Source: an uncultured Gammaproteobacteria bacterium (GTDB lineage Bacteria; Patescibacteriota; Microgenomatia; Woykebacterales; RBG-16-39-9b). Taken from it: a stretch of DNA of 64,000 nt. A program made the translations under genes and the position numbers. Location: positions 17,739-81,738 of the forward strand of contig OZ246414.1 of the NCBI GenBank assembly GCA_965231125.1, written 5' to 3'. Each line of letters opens with the position of its first letter. Positions within the stretch are counted from its first letter, which is position 1. This document shows, piece after piece, positions 17,949 to 26,460 of this stretch. The notes beneath the pieces were generated by a model, which made no database searches, was not told where the DNA came from, and saw only the letters and a program-made list of their open reading frames with translations.

Positions 17949-19871
17949 CTAACTTTTGACGTCTTTATCGGGAGATGTGGTCTCAACTTTAATTTCTGAC
18001 TCTTCCTTAGGCTCTTCTATTTGCTCTTTTACCTGGTGGAGTTTCTCCCCCCTCGTTACAATTTCTTCAAACTCGGCACCTTCTAAGGTTTCCTTTTTGA
18101 TTAATTCGGCTGCCACAAGATCTAACTTTTCTTTGTTTTCCCGAAGGATTTTTTTGGCTTTATCGAAACATTCATCGATTATTCTTTTAACTTCGTCGTC
18201 TACTTTTGCTGCCAAATGTTCTGAAAGTGGTTTTGGGTCTCCAAGTTCTCGGGCCAACCAAGGGTTCTCTCCTGGAGCGCCCATGGTTAATGGGCCCAAA
18301 GAGCTCATACCGAATTCCGTCACCATTTTTCTGGCAATTTCGGTGGCTCTCGAAATGTCAGAACTTGCCCCAACCGTGAATTCATTAAACTCAATTTCTT
18401 CGGCAGCCCTACCACCAAGAAGCGATGTTATGGTTTCCAAAAGCCTTGTCTTTGTTTCGTTGTAGCGGTCTTGTGAAGGCGGGATAAGGGTATGACCGCC
18501 GGTGCCTCCACGGGCCACAATTGATATCCGGTGAACCGGATCCATGTTAGGAAGCATTTTCGTTACTAAACCGTGCCCGGCTTCATGGTAGGCGGTTATT
18601 TTCTTTTCTTCCTCGGAAGTCATTCTTTTTCTTTCTGGCCCAAGTTGAACTTTGGTAGCAGCTTCTTCCAAATCTTTATTTCCCACCTGTTTTTTACCAT
18701 CTCTTGCGGCTAAAATCGCTGCCTCGTTTAACATGTTCTCCAAGTCGGCTCCAGAAAAACCGACAGTCCGGCGGGCTAGACTTTCAATATCAACACCTGC
18801 CTCCAGTGGTTTATTTTTTGAGTGAATCTTAATAATTGACTTGCGACCTTCAATGTCGGGCAAATCCAATGTAACTCGGCGATCGAAACGCCCTGGGCGC
18901 ACCAGTGCAGGGTCCAACATATCCGGCCGGTTTGTAGCCGCCATAACAATTATATTAATATTCGGCTCAAAGCCATCCATCTCGACTAAAATTTGGTTTA
19001 AAGTCTGTTCCCTCTCGTCGTGACCACCACCAATCCCGAGACCCCGTTGCCGACCTATCGAATCAATTTCATCAATAAATATTATGGCCGGTGAAGATTT
19101 TTTTGCATTATCGAATAAATCTCTTACGCGAGACGCGCCGACTCCCACCAACATTTCCATAAATTCACTGCCGGCAATTGAGAAGAAAGGAACATTGGCT
19201 TCTCCCGCAACTGCCCGAGCTAGAAGTGTCTTACCCACACCAGAAGGCCCAACTAATAAAGCTCCTTTGGGAATCTTTGCTCCAAGCGCGCGATACTTTT
19301 CCGGGCTCTTTAAAAAATCCACCACTTCAGTAAGTTCCCTTTTAGCTTCATCAACACCAGCAACATCAGAAAATGTGGTTTTTGGATTATCGCGGTTGAA
19401 AAGCTTCGCTCGGCTTCTTGAAAAGGAAAGAATGTTATCCCCTGCATTCCTTGCTTGACGAAGAAAAAAGAAGAAAAATCCAGCTAGAAGAAGTATTGGC
19501 AAGAATATATTCAAAAGACCAAATACCGTATCTCTGGTAGAGGTATCTTTGTTGTTGATAGCTACCTTTGCTGGATCTATACCGGAGGCTTTAAGGGTCT
19601 GGGTAAAAACTTCGTTTTGCTGAAGCCGAGATTTTATAGTGCTTCCATCTTTCAATTTTGCCTCAACGTTCACACCATCAATGGCGACAGAATCTACATT
19701 ACCATCTTTTATCTGCGTGAGAATATCGCTTTCTGGCTTTTGTACAGATTGTCCCCGTGGAGAAAGAAAACTAAAGATAAGAAAAGAGGCGACTATGATT
19801 AGAAGAACATAGAAAGGTATGCTTCCAAAAAACCCTTTTTTTGATTTTTGTAATTTTGGTGCTTCAGGCAT
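17949..19871 (-). CDS. ftsH: ATP-dependent zinc metalloprotease FtsH
   Basis: N-terminal TM segments, the AAA Walker A GPSGVGKT, and the zinc motif HEAGHGLV. Confidence 0.95.
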   Translation of the reverse strand: MPEAPKLQKSKKGFFGSIPFYVLLIIVASFLIFSFLSPRGQSVQKPESDILTQIKDGNVDSVAIDGVNVEAKLKDGSTIKSRLQQNEVFTQTLKASGIDPAKVAINNKDTSTRDTVFGLLNIFLPILLLAGFFFFFLRQARNAGDNILSFSRSRAKLFNRDNPKTTFSDVAGVDEAKRELTEVVDFLKSPEKYRALGAKIPKGALLVGPSGVGKTLLARAVAGEANVPFFSIAGSEFMEMLVGVGASRVRDLFDNAKKSSPAIIFIDEIDSIGRQRGLGIGGGHDEREQTLNQILVEMDGFEPNINIIVMAATNRPDMLDPALVRPGRFDRRVTLDLPDIEGRKSIIKIHSKNKPLEAGVDIESLARRTVGFSGADLENMLNEAAILAARDGKKQVGNKDLEEAATKVQLGPERKRMTSEEEKKITAYHEAGHGLVTKMLPNMDPVHRISIVARGGTGGHTLIPPSQDRYNETKTRLLETITSLLGGRAAEEIEFNEFTVGASSDISRATEIARKMVTEFGMSSLGPLTMGAPGENPWLARELGDPKPLSEHLAAKVDDEVKRIIDECFDKAKKILRENKEKLDLVAAELIKKETLEGAEFEEIVTRGEKLHQVKEQIEEPKEESEIKVETTSPDKDVKS

Positions 19872-19883
19872 AAGTTAGTAATA

Positions 19884-19947
19884 GGATCCTCCGTAACCAA
19901 ATCCAAGTGATTTGGGTACTCTCGGATCCTGCGTCTTTCAGACTAAA
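19884..19947. repeat. dispersed intergenic element R1, copy 1 (modules A TCCGTAACCAAATCCAAGTGATT, B GGGTACTCTCG, C CTGCGTCTTTCAGACTA)
   Basis: Module A is identical over 23 nt to 52926..52948. The module C hairpin GTCT/AGAC is replaced by GTCC/GGAC in copy 2. Confidence 0.5.
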
Positions 19948-19962
19948 GTAAAACGGCCGACT

Positions 19963-20044
19963 GATTTAGTCCCAAGACACAAGATGGCGCGTACGCGCCA
20001 GATTTAGTCCTATGGACGTAATATGGCGCTTCCGCGCCAGATTA
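19963..20044. repeat. two tandem ~41-nt units each ending in a GC-rich hairpin (TGGCGCG-TA-CGCGCCA; TGGCGC-TTCC-GCGCCA) followed by AGATT
   Basis: Direct repeat GATTTAGTCC...ATGGCGC..CGCGCCAGATT occurs twice, between the trpS stop and the ftsH start. Confidence 0.5.
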
Positions 20045-20090
20045 TACCAGATCCATATTTATCGTTCAATGGTATTTATACGAAGGGCAC

Positions 20091-21077
20091 TTAAACTAAC
20101 CGCATTGCTTTTTTGACCATTTCGAGAGTTTCCGCAGCCTCGGCTCGTGCTTTTTCCGTACCCTCTTGCAGAATTTTTCCAACTAACTCACCTTCATTCT
20201 CGAACTTTACTCTTCTTTGTCGGATTGGGTCTAAAAAGTTATTCAGAGCGGCCGTCAATTTTTCTTTCACCTCAACATCCCCAACCGCGCCTTTCTGATA
20301 ACGCTTCTTTAGATCTTCAACTTCATCTTTATTGGGATTGAAAGCGTCGTGATAAATAAAAACCGGGTTTCCTTCAACTTTTCCTGGATCGCTTGGGTGA
20401 ATTCGGGCTGGATCCGTATACATACTCCTCACCTTTTTTTCGACTTCGTCGCTACTATCTGAAAGATAAATCGCGTTGTTAAGTGATTTACTCATTTTCG
20501 CCTTGCCATCGATCCCAGGCAAAACTCCAATTTCTTTTGGAATCAAAGCTTCGGGGATTGGGAAAACTTCACTGTAGGTAGAGTTGAACTTTTCAGCAAG
20601 TTCCCGAGTCAACTCAATGTGACTCGCTTGATCTTTTCCTACTGGAACAAGATTCGCTCTAACCATCAAGATATCAGCTGCTTGCATAACTGGATAAGAA
20701 AGTAGTCCGAGGGACGGGTTTTCAATTTTTAAATCACGCAACATATCTTTGAGAGTTGGAATTCTCTCAAGTCTACTTTTAGAAACCAACATTGATAAGA
20801 TTACGGCGAGTTCTTGATCTTCCGAAATTTCACTTTGCACACAAAAGGTTACTTTTTTAGGGTCGATACCCACCGAAAGTTGATCCAAAACTAAATCTTT
20901 TATATTTTGCTTAATTTGAGAGGTATCGTCACTAGTAGTAAGAGCGTGTAAATCGGCCACCAAAAGAAACACTTCGTATTCGTCTTGAAGTGCTAGTCGA
21001 TTTTTTAGCGAGCCAACAAAGTGGCCTAAATGTAGTTTTCCTGTTGGCCTATCCCCAGTTAAAATTCTTTTTTTCAT
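20091..21077 (-). CDS. trpS: tryptophan--tRNA ligase
   Basis: HIGH-type motif TGDRPTGKLHLGHFVG and the KMSKS motif. Confidence 0.9.
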   Translation of the reverse strand: MKKRILTGDRPTGKLHLGHFVGSLKNRLALQDEYEVFLLVADLHALTTSDDTSQIKQNIKDLVLDQLSVGIDPKKVTFCVQSEISEDQELAVILSMLVSKSRLERIPTLKDMLRDLKIENPSLGLLSYPVMQAADILMVRANLVPVGKDQASHIELTRELAEKFNSTYSEVFPIPEALIPKEIGVLPGIDGKAKMSKSLNNAIYLSDSSDEVEKKVRSMYTDPARIHPSDPGKVEGNPVFIYHDAFNPNKDEVEDLKKRYQKGAVGDVEVKEKLTAALNNFLDPIRQRRVKFENEGELVGKILQEGTEKARAEAAETLEMVKKAMRLV

Positions 21078-21181
21078 AAAAAGGTAACAAAAATATTACA
21101 AAAATAGTTTATCACATATGTTAGAATTTGGCCGAGGGGACGACAAGCCGACTTTACCGAAAGCCCGCCGTCCCCTCGTAA

Positions 21182-21751
21182 TTACCAATCCCAGAGCATT
21201 CGCTTCTCCTTTCCAATTTCTACGACATTATGCCAGTTCTCCCCCTCCTGATACCAACCCAGGTTCCTAGTGAAACCACAATGGTTGCAAGTCTCAACTT
21301 TCACACCAGCTGAATGGCTTATCCACCGGATATGGTGCGATCTTTCCCTGTGAGCACAACTCAACTGCTCGAACCGCTTCACCAGTGCCCCATCGATTTC
21401 GGCCCTAGACCCCAAAGCCAAACCGGTGGTAAATGATTCGCGATGACCGGGTAACGAATCTCTTTGCCGGATTAGTTGTCTCCATATTCTGAGTTTATCT
21501 TCCCCAACCATCCTGTTAACTAGCTCGATCGGACCGATCATGGAGTGAACAGCGGTTTTCTCACCGCCTAGTGCCTTCCAAGAGCTATCCATAATCCATT
21601 TCATCTTTTCTCTGAATCGCTGAACTGCCTTCCAAGCAGCAATTTGTGGGTGTCTTGATTTCACTACTTCTGTGTAAACAAGTGTTCCGGGACTCCCTTC
21701 GAATGTCGGAACATCCCAGGTGACTAACCACCAAACCTTTCTTCGACTCAT
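21182..21751 (-). CDS. hypothetical protein with HNH-like Cys/His motif, GC-rich
   Basis: C-terminal CAHRERSHHIRWISHSAGVKVETCNHCG resembles the HNH endonuclease core. This call is tentative. Confidence 0.4.
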   Translation of the reverse strand: MSRRKVWWLVTWDVPTFEGSPGTLVYTEVVKSRHPQIAAWKAVQRFREKMKWIMDSSWKALGGEKTAVHSMIGPIELVNRMVGEDKLRIWRQLIRQRDSLPGHRESFTTGLALGSRAEIDGALVKRFEQLSCAHRERSHHIRWISHSAGVKVETCNHCGFTRNLGWYQEGENWHNVVEIGKEKRMLWDW

Positions 21752-21763
21752 TTTTCTCCTTTC

Positions 21764-22063
21764 TTATGCTCCACACCATCCGGTGTGTCGTGGACCACTG
21801 CAACCGCTGCAGGCAGGTTCCTCATCAAAGCAAAGGCGCAATTCAACCACCCGCCAAAGATACCGAACTAACCATGCGTGGCTGTCGTTAACCTCGTGGA
21901 ATGTCTCGTGTACTTCGCATTCACAGCACACCAAAGTTACTAACGCCCAGGTATTGCCCCAACCACCTCGGGTTCTGTCAAGCAGAACGTGTACTCCAGA
22001 CACTCTTTTGCATTCTGGACGATGTGACAATCTCTCCTGAACATCCGACCTAAACGAGATCAT
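21764..22063 (-). CDS. Cys-rich hypothetical protein with HExxH (HETFH) motif, GC-rich
   Basis: CCECEVHETFHEV. The plus-strand ORF overlapping it translates to low-complexity sequence. Confidence 0.35.
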   Translation of the reverse strand: MISFRSDVQERLSHRPECKRVSGVHVLLDRTRGGWGNTWALVTLVCCECEVHETFHEVNDSHAWLVRYLWRVVELRLCFDEEPACSGCSGPRHTGWCGA

Positions 22064-22080
22064 CTTTCTCCTTTCTTACC

Positions 22081-22437
22081 TCAGAAATTTTTCCTCTTGA
22101 TTAATGCCCTATTCCTACAAGACTTGCAACTGAGCTCGGCGTCGTCTTCCGAAGAAAAGGGTTTATTACCCCTAATCCAAATCAGACGGATATTGCCCGG
22201 ATTCTGGCAGGAATGCTTATGCCAAACCCACCTAAACTGCGGAAGTTTTGGATCCGCAGTCGCGTGACAATTGTCACAGTATCTTGCGTAACCAACAACA
22301 TACACACCATCCCCTACTTTGACCTGCGTTTTGCGATTTAACACAGCCGATCTCCCGCAGGATTTCCTGTGTTTAAATTTCCTCGAAGACGTGCTTCCAA
22401 CCTTCTTTTTCATGACCGAAATCTCCTTTCTTCCCAC
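22081..22437 (-). CDS. Cys/His-rich basic hypothetical protein, GC-rich
   Basis: Lys/Arg-rich N-terminus and the motifs YCDNCH...HKHSCQN...CKSCRN. Confidence 0.35.
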   Translation of the reverse strand: MGRKEISVMKKKVGSTSSRKFKHRKSCGRSAVLNRKTQVKVGDGVYVVGYARYCDNCHATADPKLPQFRWVWHKHSCQNPGNIRLIWIRGNKPFSSEDDAELSCKSCRNRALIKRKNF

Positions 22438-22816
22438 AAAAATAGCTCGCCGGTTGGCGAGCTGTGTAGTGATTTCGTTCTGAAAATATTTTTTCTAGCT
22501 AAAACCAAGGCACCACAAAACTCACCAACGTTAGTCGGCGCTGTATTTGTGATACCACTTGTGGTTCAAGCTAGTAAGCATGTTACGTATTAAAATACCA
22601 CCCTGATTGCTTTTTGTCAATTTGAACTTTCCTCGATTTCCCGGCCTGGATTAGTCAGCGTTAAGAAATTGAGCTTTTTGAGTCGACCCAAAGGGGAATT
22701 TTTCACCTGTTTGAGCGCAGCGAGTTTGAAAAATTAGACGTGAAAAGCGAAATTTTAGCTGGAGGATCCCGGCCGGCAGTTTGGCTCCACCTTTGCTGCC
22801 AAAGGTGGGATAGAAA

Positions 22817-23671
22817 CTAAAACTCTTCACACCACTTCCTTGCCTTTGGAATTTCTTCAATGAGGTCACTTGCCGAATACCAGTAAGAGACTTTTTCCTT
22901 CAACCGCGCGCCGGCTAAACCAATCAAAAAGGCGGCCGCACATGCAGAAAGAAAATTATCATTTTTAGTCATCAGAGCGGCAACCAGTCCCGCTAAAACG
23001 TCTCCTGTACCACCTTTCGTCATCCCGGCATTGCCAGCATGATCTTCTCTAAAATCATTCGGCCCGCAAATATAATCGACTGGTCCTTTAAGAACAATGG
23101 TACAGCCATATTTCTTTGCCATGGCAATGGCATTTTCTTTTGATGGTTCAAGTCCAAAGAAAATTTTAAATTCCCCTTGGTGAGGGGTTACCACAAAGTT
23201 CTCGTTGACTAGATCTGGACTTAACACTTTTAGTGCGTCTGCATCCAATAAATATTTTTTATCTGGGTACTTTTTAATAATTTCTTCAAGTTTTATTTTG
23301 ACCTCACTTGAGGTTCCTAAACCAGGTCCCATTAACACGGCGTCTGACCTTTCCATATACTTTTCGAAATTTTCGTCCGCTACTGGAATAAATTCGGCAA
23401 GATTTTCCTTAATTTTTTGTAATATATTTACATTTTCGGGAGTCGAGTAGATAAAAATCAAATCAACGAACTTAGAGGCGGTTTTTGCAGCGTAAACTAA
23501 AGCACCGTGATAATACTGCGATCCGGCGAACATAAAAAGCTGGCCATTTTCACCTTTGTGGGAATGATACTTCGGAGTAAAAAGAGGTTTAACTTCCCCG
23601 GGACCAACCCAACCCAGGTTATAGCGATCCTTCCAAAACTTTCGGTTGATTTCTTCCAAGGAGCTTATCAT
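22817..23671 (-). CDS. nnrD: ADP-dependent NAD(P)H-hydrate dehydratase (YjeF C-terminal domain)
   Basis: KGGTGDVLAGLVAAL motif and a carbohydrate-kinase-like fold signature. Confidence 0.8.
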   Translation of the reverse strand: MISSLEEINRKFWKDRYNLGWVGPGEVKPLFTPKYHSHKGENGQLFMFAGSQYYHGALVYAAKTASKFVDLIFIYSTPENVNILQKIKENLAEFIPVADENFEKYMERSDAVLMGPGLGTSSEVKIKLEEIIKKYPDKKYLLDADALKVLSPDLVNENFVVTPHQGEFKIFFGLEPSKENAIAMAKKYGCTIVLKGPVDYICGPNDFREDHAGNAGMTKGGTGDVLAGLVAALMTKNDNFLSACAAAFLIGLAGARLKEKVSYWYSASDLIEEIPKARKWCEEF

Positions 23672-23685
23672 GTTACAATTCTACT

Positions 23686-24105
23686 ATGAAGGAGCATGGT
23701 TCTGCTTTACTTTTGCTTATCCTGGGGGTATTAGTACTGGTAGTTTTAGTTGTATCAGTAAATTTCCTTCTCCCCAAATACACTAGCGTACCGAGTCTTA
23801 ACACTAACGGAGCGGCCGACAACAATTCAGAAAGTATCACTGCCCCAATAGACCAAGCCAAATCGGCTGCCGACCAAGCCAATTTAAAAGCTACTGAGAC
23901 TGCTCTTGAATCGTATTTTGCGGAGAACGGTCGCTACCCTTCCTCTTTAAGCAGTTTAGACCTTTCTTTAAACACCTCCGTTTACAACTATCAACTCTGC
24001 GGCAGCGGGGGCGATGAAGCAATTTTATCTGAAAGTGGTACGGCGGGCGGTGTTTATTTCAACTCTGGTACTGACCAGCAAGTTACGAGTAGAGCCTGCT
24101 ATTGA
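23686..24105 (+). CDS. membrane-anchored protein with pilin/pseudopilin-like C-terminal region
   Basis: N-terminal TM helix. ATETALESYFAENGRYPSSL resembles a pilin alpha/beta core, but there is no canonical prepilin cleavage motif. Confidence 0.35.
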   Translation: MKEHGSALLLLILGVLVLVVLVVSVNFLLPKYTSVPSLNTNGAADNNSESITAPIDQAKSAADQANLKATETALESYFAENGRYPSSLSSLDLSLNTSVYNYQLCGSGGDEAILSESGTAGGVYFNSGTDQQVTSRACY

Positions 24106-25097
24106 TTTATTAAGCCAGTCCTTCCTTTTATAATCTCCTTCTCAAAAATCTCGCCCACAATTTCTTCAATTAAGTCTTGGAGAGTTAAAATACCGACTGT
24201 CTTCTGTTCGTCGTCTTTTACAACCGCAATCGGGGTTGCTAAGTTTTTGAATTTAACCAAAGTGACATCTACGTAATCGTTCTTATTTACGAAAAAGGGT
24301 TGTTTCAGAATTGTAGTGAGACTTCTTTCTTCACGATCTTTGTGCAGTTCTCGCAACATATCGGCAGCATCAATAGTGCCGATAATATTGTCTTTGTCAC
24401 CGGAAAAAACTGGGTAACGATCAAAAGTATACCTCATGATGTAGTCAACTGCTTCATCTATATTAAGTTTGGCGTCTAACATTACCACATCGCCGACCGG
24501 CGTCATTATTTCACCAATCTTCGTTTCTTCTAAATCTAAAATCGAGTGGAGCATATCAGTTTCCTCTTTATCCAATACCCCTTCTTCCCTTCCGATTGTA
24601 ATAATCGCTCGCAGTTCCTCTTCGGAAAGGAGCGGACGCTTTTTCGAAGATTTTTGAATTAATCTTGAAATTTTTTCTAAGACCCAGATAAGTGGATAAA
24701 ATACCCATATCAATACTCCCAAAAGTGGGGCTGTCTCTAAAGATATTCTTTCCGAATATTGAAGAGCATAGGTTTTTGGAGTAATTTCACCAAAAACTAA
24801 AAGTAGGATGGTCATAACTCCTGTCGCGATACCAACACCCAAATCCCCAAACGCTCTCGTTGCTGCTAAAGTTGCCACTGCCGCCGCTGCCGTGTTTACA
24901 ATACTCACCGCAATCAAAATAGCGATTAAAAGCCTATTTGGTTGCTGCTTTAAATTGTAAAGTTCCTCTGCTCCAGGCTTGCCTTGATTTCGCAGAGTTT
25001 TTACTTTTAATTGGCTTAGAGATACTGTCGCTACTTCTACGGCAGAGAAGAAAGCGGATAAAGATAAAAGAATGAAAAGAGCGATAAATTCTAGCAT
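24099..25097 (-). CDS. DUF21 (CNNM) transmembrane domain plus CBS-pair protein (CorC/TlyC-like)
   Basis: N-terminus MLEFIALFILLSLSAFFSAVEVA is DUF21-like and is followed by two CBS domains. Confidence 0.8.
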   Translation of the reverse strand: MLEFIALFILLSLSAFFSAVEVATVSLSQLKVKTLRNQGKPGAEELYNLKQQPNRLLIAILIAVSIVNTAAAAVATLAATRAFGDLGVGIATGVMTILLLVFGEITPKTYALQYSERISLETAPLLGVLIWVFYPLIWVLEKISRLIQKSSKKRPLLSEEELRAIITIGREEGVLDKEETDMLHSILDLEETKIGEIMTPVGDVVMLDAKLNIDEAVDYIMRYTFDRYPVFSGDKDNIIGTIDAADMLRELHKDREERSLTTILKQPFFVNKNDYVDVTLVKFKNLATPIAVVKDDEQKTVGILTLQDLIEEIVGEIFEKEIIKGRTGLINQ

Positions 25098-25185
25098 GTA
25101 TAAACATCATATAAAATTGGCGGTTCTATTTCCAGTTCTTCTGTTTGACTTGAAAACATCTTTGTGTTAATATTCATTCCTCAAC

Positions 25186-25255
25186 GCGGGTGGGGGGTTT
25201 AGAATCCCGCGAGGCTCATAATCTCGCTCAAGCCGGTGCGAATCCGGCACCCGCA
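25186..25255 (+). tRNA. tRNA-like gene with CAU anticodon loop (CTCATAA), non-canonical short D-arm and 4-bp T-stem
   Basis: Acceptor GCGGGTG/CACCCGC, anticodon arm GCGAGG-CTCATAA-TCTCGC, and T-arm CCGG-TGCGAAT-CCGG. A terminator follows directly. Confidence 0.45.
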
Positions 25256-25261
25256 ACCACG

Positions 25262-25297
25262 CAAACCCTACTTTAAAGGTAGGGTTTGTGCGTTTTT
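25262..25297 (+). terminator. rho-independent terminator after the tRNA-like gene
   Basis: CAAACCCTAC-tttaaag-GTAGGGTTTG followed by TGCGTTTTT. Confidence 0.55.
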
Positions 25298-25314
25298 AGA
25301 GGGTTTGGTATTCT

Positions 25315-25330
25315 TAAGAGCAGCGGACTC
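25315..25330 (+). repeat. duplicated internal tRNA(CAU) fragment TAAGAGCAGCGGACTC, copy 1
   Basis: It matches positions 21-36 of the tRNA at 25443..25517 (D-stem 3' strand, anticodon stem 5' strand, loop start). A 6-bp hairpin plus TTTT follows. Confidence 0.5.
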
Positions 25331-25417
25331 AAAGGACGCGTTGCGTCCTGTGCTTTTGGAGGCAGCGTAGCTCAGTGGTAGCATGCTTTGCATGCTGCGA
25401 CCTCGCTTTGCGAGGAC

Positions 25418-25433
25418 TAAGAGCAGCGGACTC
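25418..25433 (+). repeat. duplicated internal tRNA(CAU) fragment TAAGAGCAGCGGACTC, copy 2
   Basis: Identical 16-mer, 10 nt upstream of the intact tRNA. Confidence 0.5.
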
Positions 25434-25442
25434 TAGCAATTT

Positions 25443-25517
25443 GCCAGGGTAGCTCAGTGGTAGAGCAGCGGACTCATAAGCCGTTGGTCGGGAGTTCGAA
25501 TCTCCCCCCTGGCACCA
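25443..25517 (+). tRNA. tRNA with CAU anticodon (Met, fMet or Ile2-lysidine type), CCA encoded
   Basis: GCCAGGG-TA-GCTC-AGTGGTA-GAGC-A-GCGGA-CTCATAA-GCCGT-TGGTC-GGGAG-TTCGAAT-CTCCC-CCCTGGC-A-CCA. The cloverleaf is canonical apart from an A31/G39 mismatch. Confidence 0.85.
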
Positions 25518-25603
25518 ATGGGCAAATTGCGCAGCAAGCTGAGCTTGCTTAAAGCCTAGGTCGCAGGTTCGAATCCAGCCGCTGCCGTCACAACCACCAA
25601 ACA

Positions 25604-25632
25604 TTGACAAAAAAATTCTCCTGGCGTACGAT
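25604..25632 (+). promoter_or_regulatory. TTGACA-17-TACGAT promoter 8 nt upstream of the 25641 ATG (leaderless-type arrangement)
   Basis: Seen directly in the sequence. Confidence 0.35.
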
Positions 25633-25640
25633 TTAATCTG

Positions 25641-26105
25641 ATGAGTATTCTTGATGAGATACGTTCTTCGGTAAAAAATCCAGCTAGCATAAAAAGTTTC
25701 TACGTGCTCTTTGTAACAGTTTTCTTCTTACTTCTTATACCCCTAACCGTCTTTGGAGTGTTATCGGAAAGGACTCTAATAACGCAGGCCCAAGGATCCT
25801 GTGCTCTACCCGCCGAAAAAACTTTTACCGGCAGAGTCACCCCTAATCAAAACGGAGACCACGCATTTATATTCAAGGGGACAGACTGCTCTCTAAACGC
25901 ATGGGTAAATGGTGATGGAAATTCCGATCTTGCACTTTGGATATATCAACCTGACGGCACCATTCGAGTGGTAGATGACAGGAAAGATAAAAGCTACGAG
26001 TTTGTTTCTATTCCAGCTCCGGTTAAAGAAGGCGGTTACAGATTATCCGTAAGGTTAAAATCCGGTGTTGCTACTAGCTACACGACCACTGTTTCATTCC
26101 GCTGA
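25641..26105 (+). CDS. membrane-anchored/secreted hypothetical protein (154 aa)
   Basis: Has an N-terminal hydrophobic segment but no recognisable domain. Confidence 0.45.
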   Translation: MSILDEIRSSVKNPASIKSFYVLFVTVFFLLLIPLTVFGVLSERTLITQAQGSCALPAEKTFTGRVTPNQNGDHAFIFKGTDCSLNAWVNGDGNSDLALWIYQPDGTIRVVDDRKDKSYEFVSIPAPVKEGGYRLSVRLKSGVATSYTTTVSFR

Positions 26106-26107
26106 AA

Positions 26108-26452
26108 TCACTGCGTAAATACTCTCAGCCAAAGCTGCCAGTTAGATAAATTTCTAGCATATTGTTGGCTGCTACTAGCATCGTTTCCGGATCCTCCGTC
26201 CACAACGTAAATTGTTTCTCCTTTTTTAGCCAAACCCAAAGTATCCCTCGCTTGTTGCTCCACAAAACCGCCAGACTCCCGTTTTTTTAGCTCTTTTTTT
26301 AGAACCTCAGTTTGGTTGTGTAGAGACTGCTCTTGTTTCCCTACCTCAGAAAGGCCGTGTAATTTTTTATAAGAGCTATAGATGTTTTTCGTTAAAGCAA
26401 CACTGGAAGAGACCAGAACAAAAATTATTATAAAGCTAACAATCTTCCTCAC
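26108..26452 (-). CDS. FtsB/DivIC-like septum formation initiator family protein
   Basis: N-terminal TM helix, a coiled-coil region, and DTLGLAKKGETIYVV typical of the family. It uses a GTG start with the RBS TAAGGT. Confidence 0.5.
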   Translation of the reverse strand: MRKIVSFIIIFVLVSSSVALTKNIYSSYKKLHGLSEVGKQEQSLHNQTEVLKKELKKRESGGFVEQQARDTLGLAKKGETIYVVDGGSGNDASSSQQYARNLSNWQLWLRVFTQ

Positions 26453-26460
26453 ACCTTAAT

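Larger units (their letters stand above)
25361..25590 (+). other. split tRNA-like structure enclosing a complete tRNA gene
   Basis: The 5' half is GGCAGCG-TA-GCTCAGTGGTAG and the 3' half is AGGTC-GCAGG-TTCGAAT-CCAGC-CGCTGCC-G. Their acceptor strands are perfectly complementary over 7 bp, and an 8-bp helix CTGCGACC/GGTCGCAG brackets the ~155-nt insert. Confidence 0.3.

Noticed and set aside
17956-19458. Plus-strand ORFs antisense to ftsH
   Set aside because: Their Ser/Leu-rich translations are typical of antisense frames. FtsH motifs are on the minus strand.
20091-21181. T-box leader upstream of trpS
   Set aside because: The upstream intergenic region is only ~100 nt and is dominated by a single GC hairpin. 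There is no specifier loop or T-box sequence, and it is too short for a T-box riboswitch.
21720-22040. Plus-strand 106-aa ORF
   Set aside because: It overlaps the minus-strand HExxH ORF, and its translation is low-complexity.
25361-25590. tmRNA (ssrA) interpretation of the split tRNA-like halves joined by a long-range helix
   Set aside because: The architecture does resemble a tmRNA tRNA-like domain, with an acceptor, an unpaired D-loop, a closing helix and a T-arm. But there is no G3:U70 pair (position 3 is C:G) and no tag reading frame ending in Ala-Ala-stop. The span is only ~230 nt, and the interior is occupied by a complete tRNA gene.
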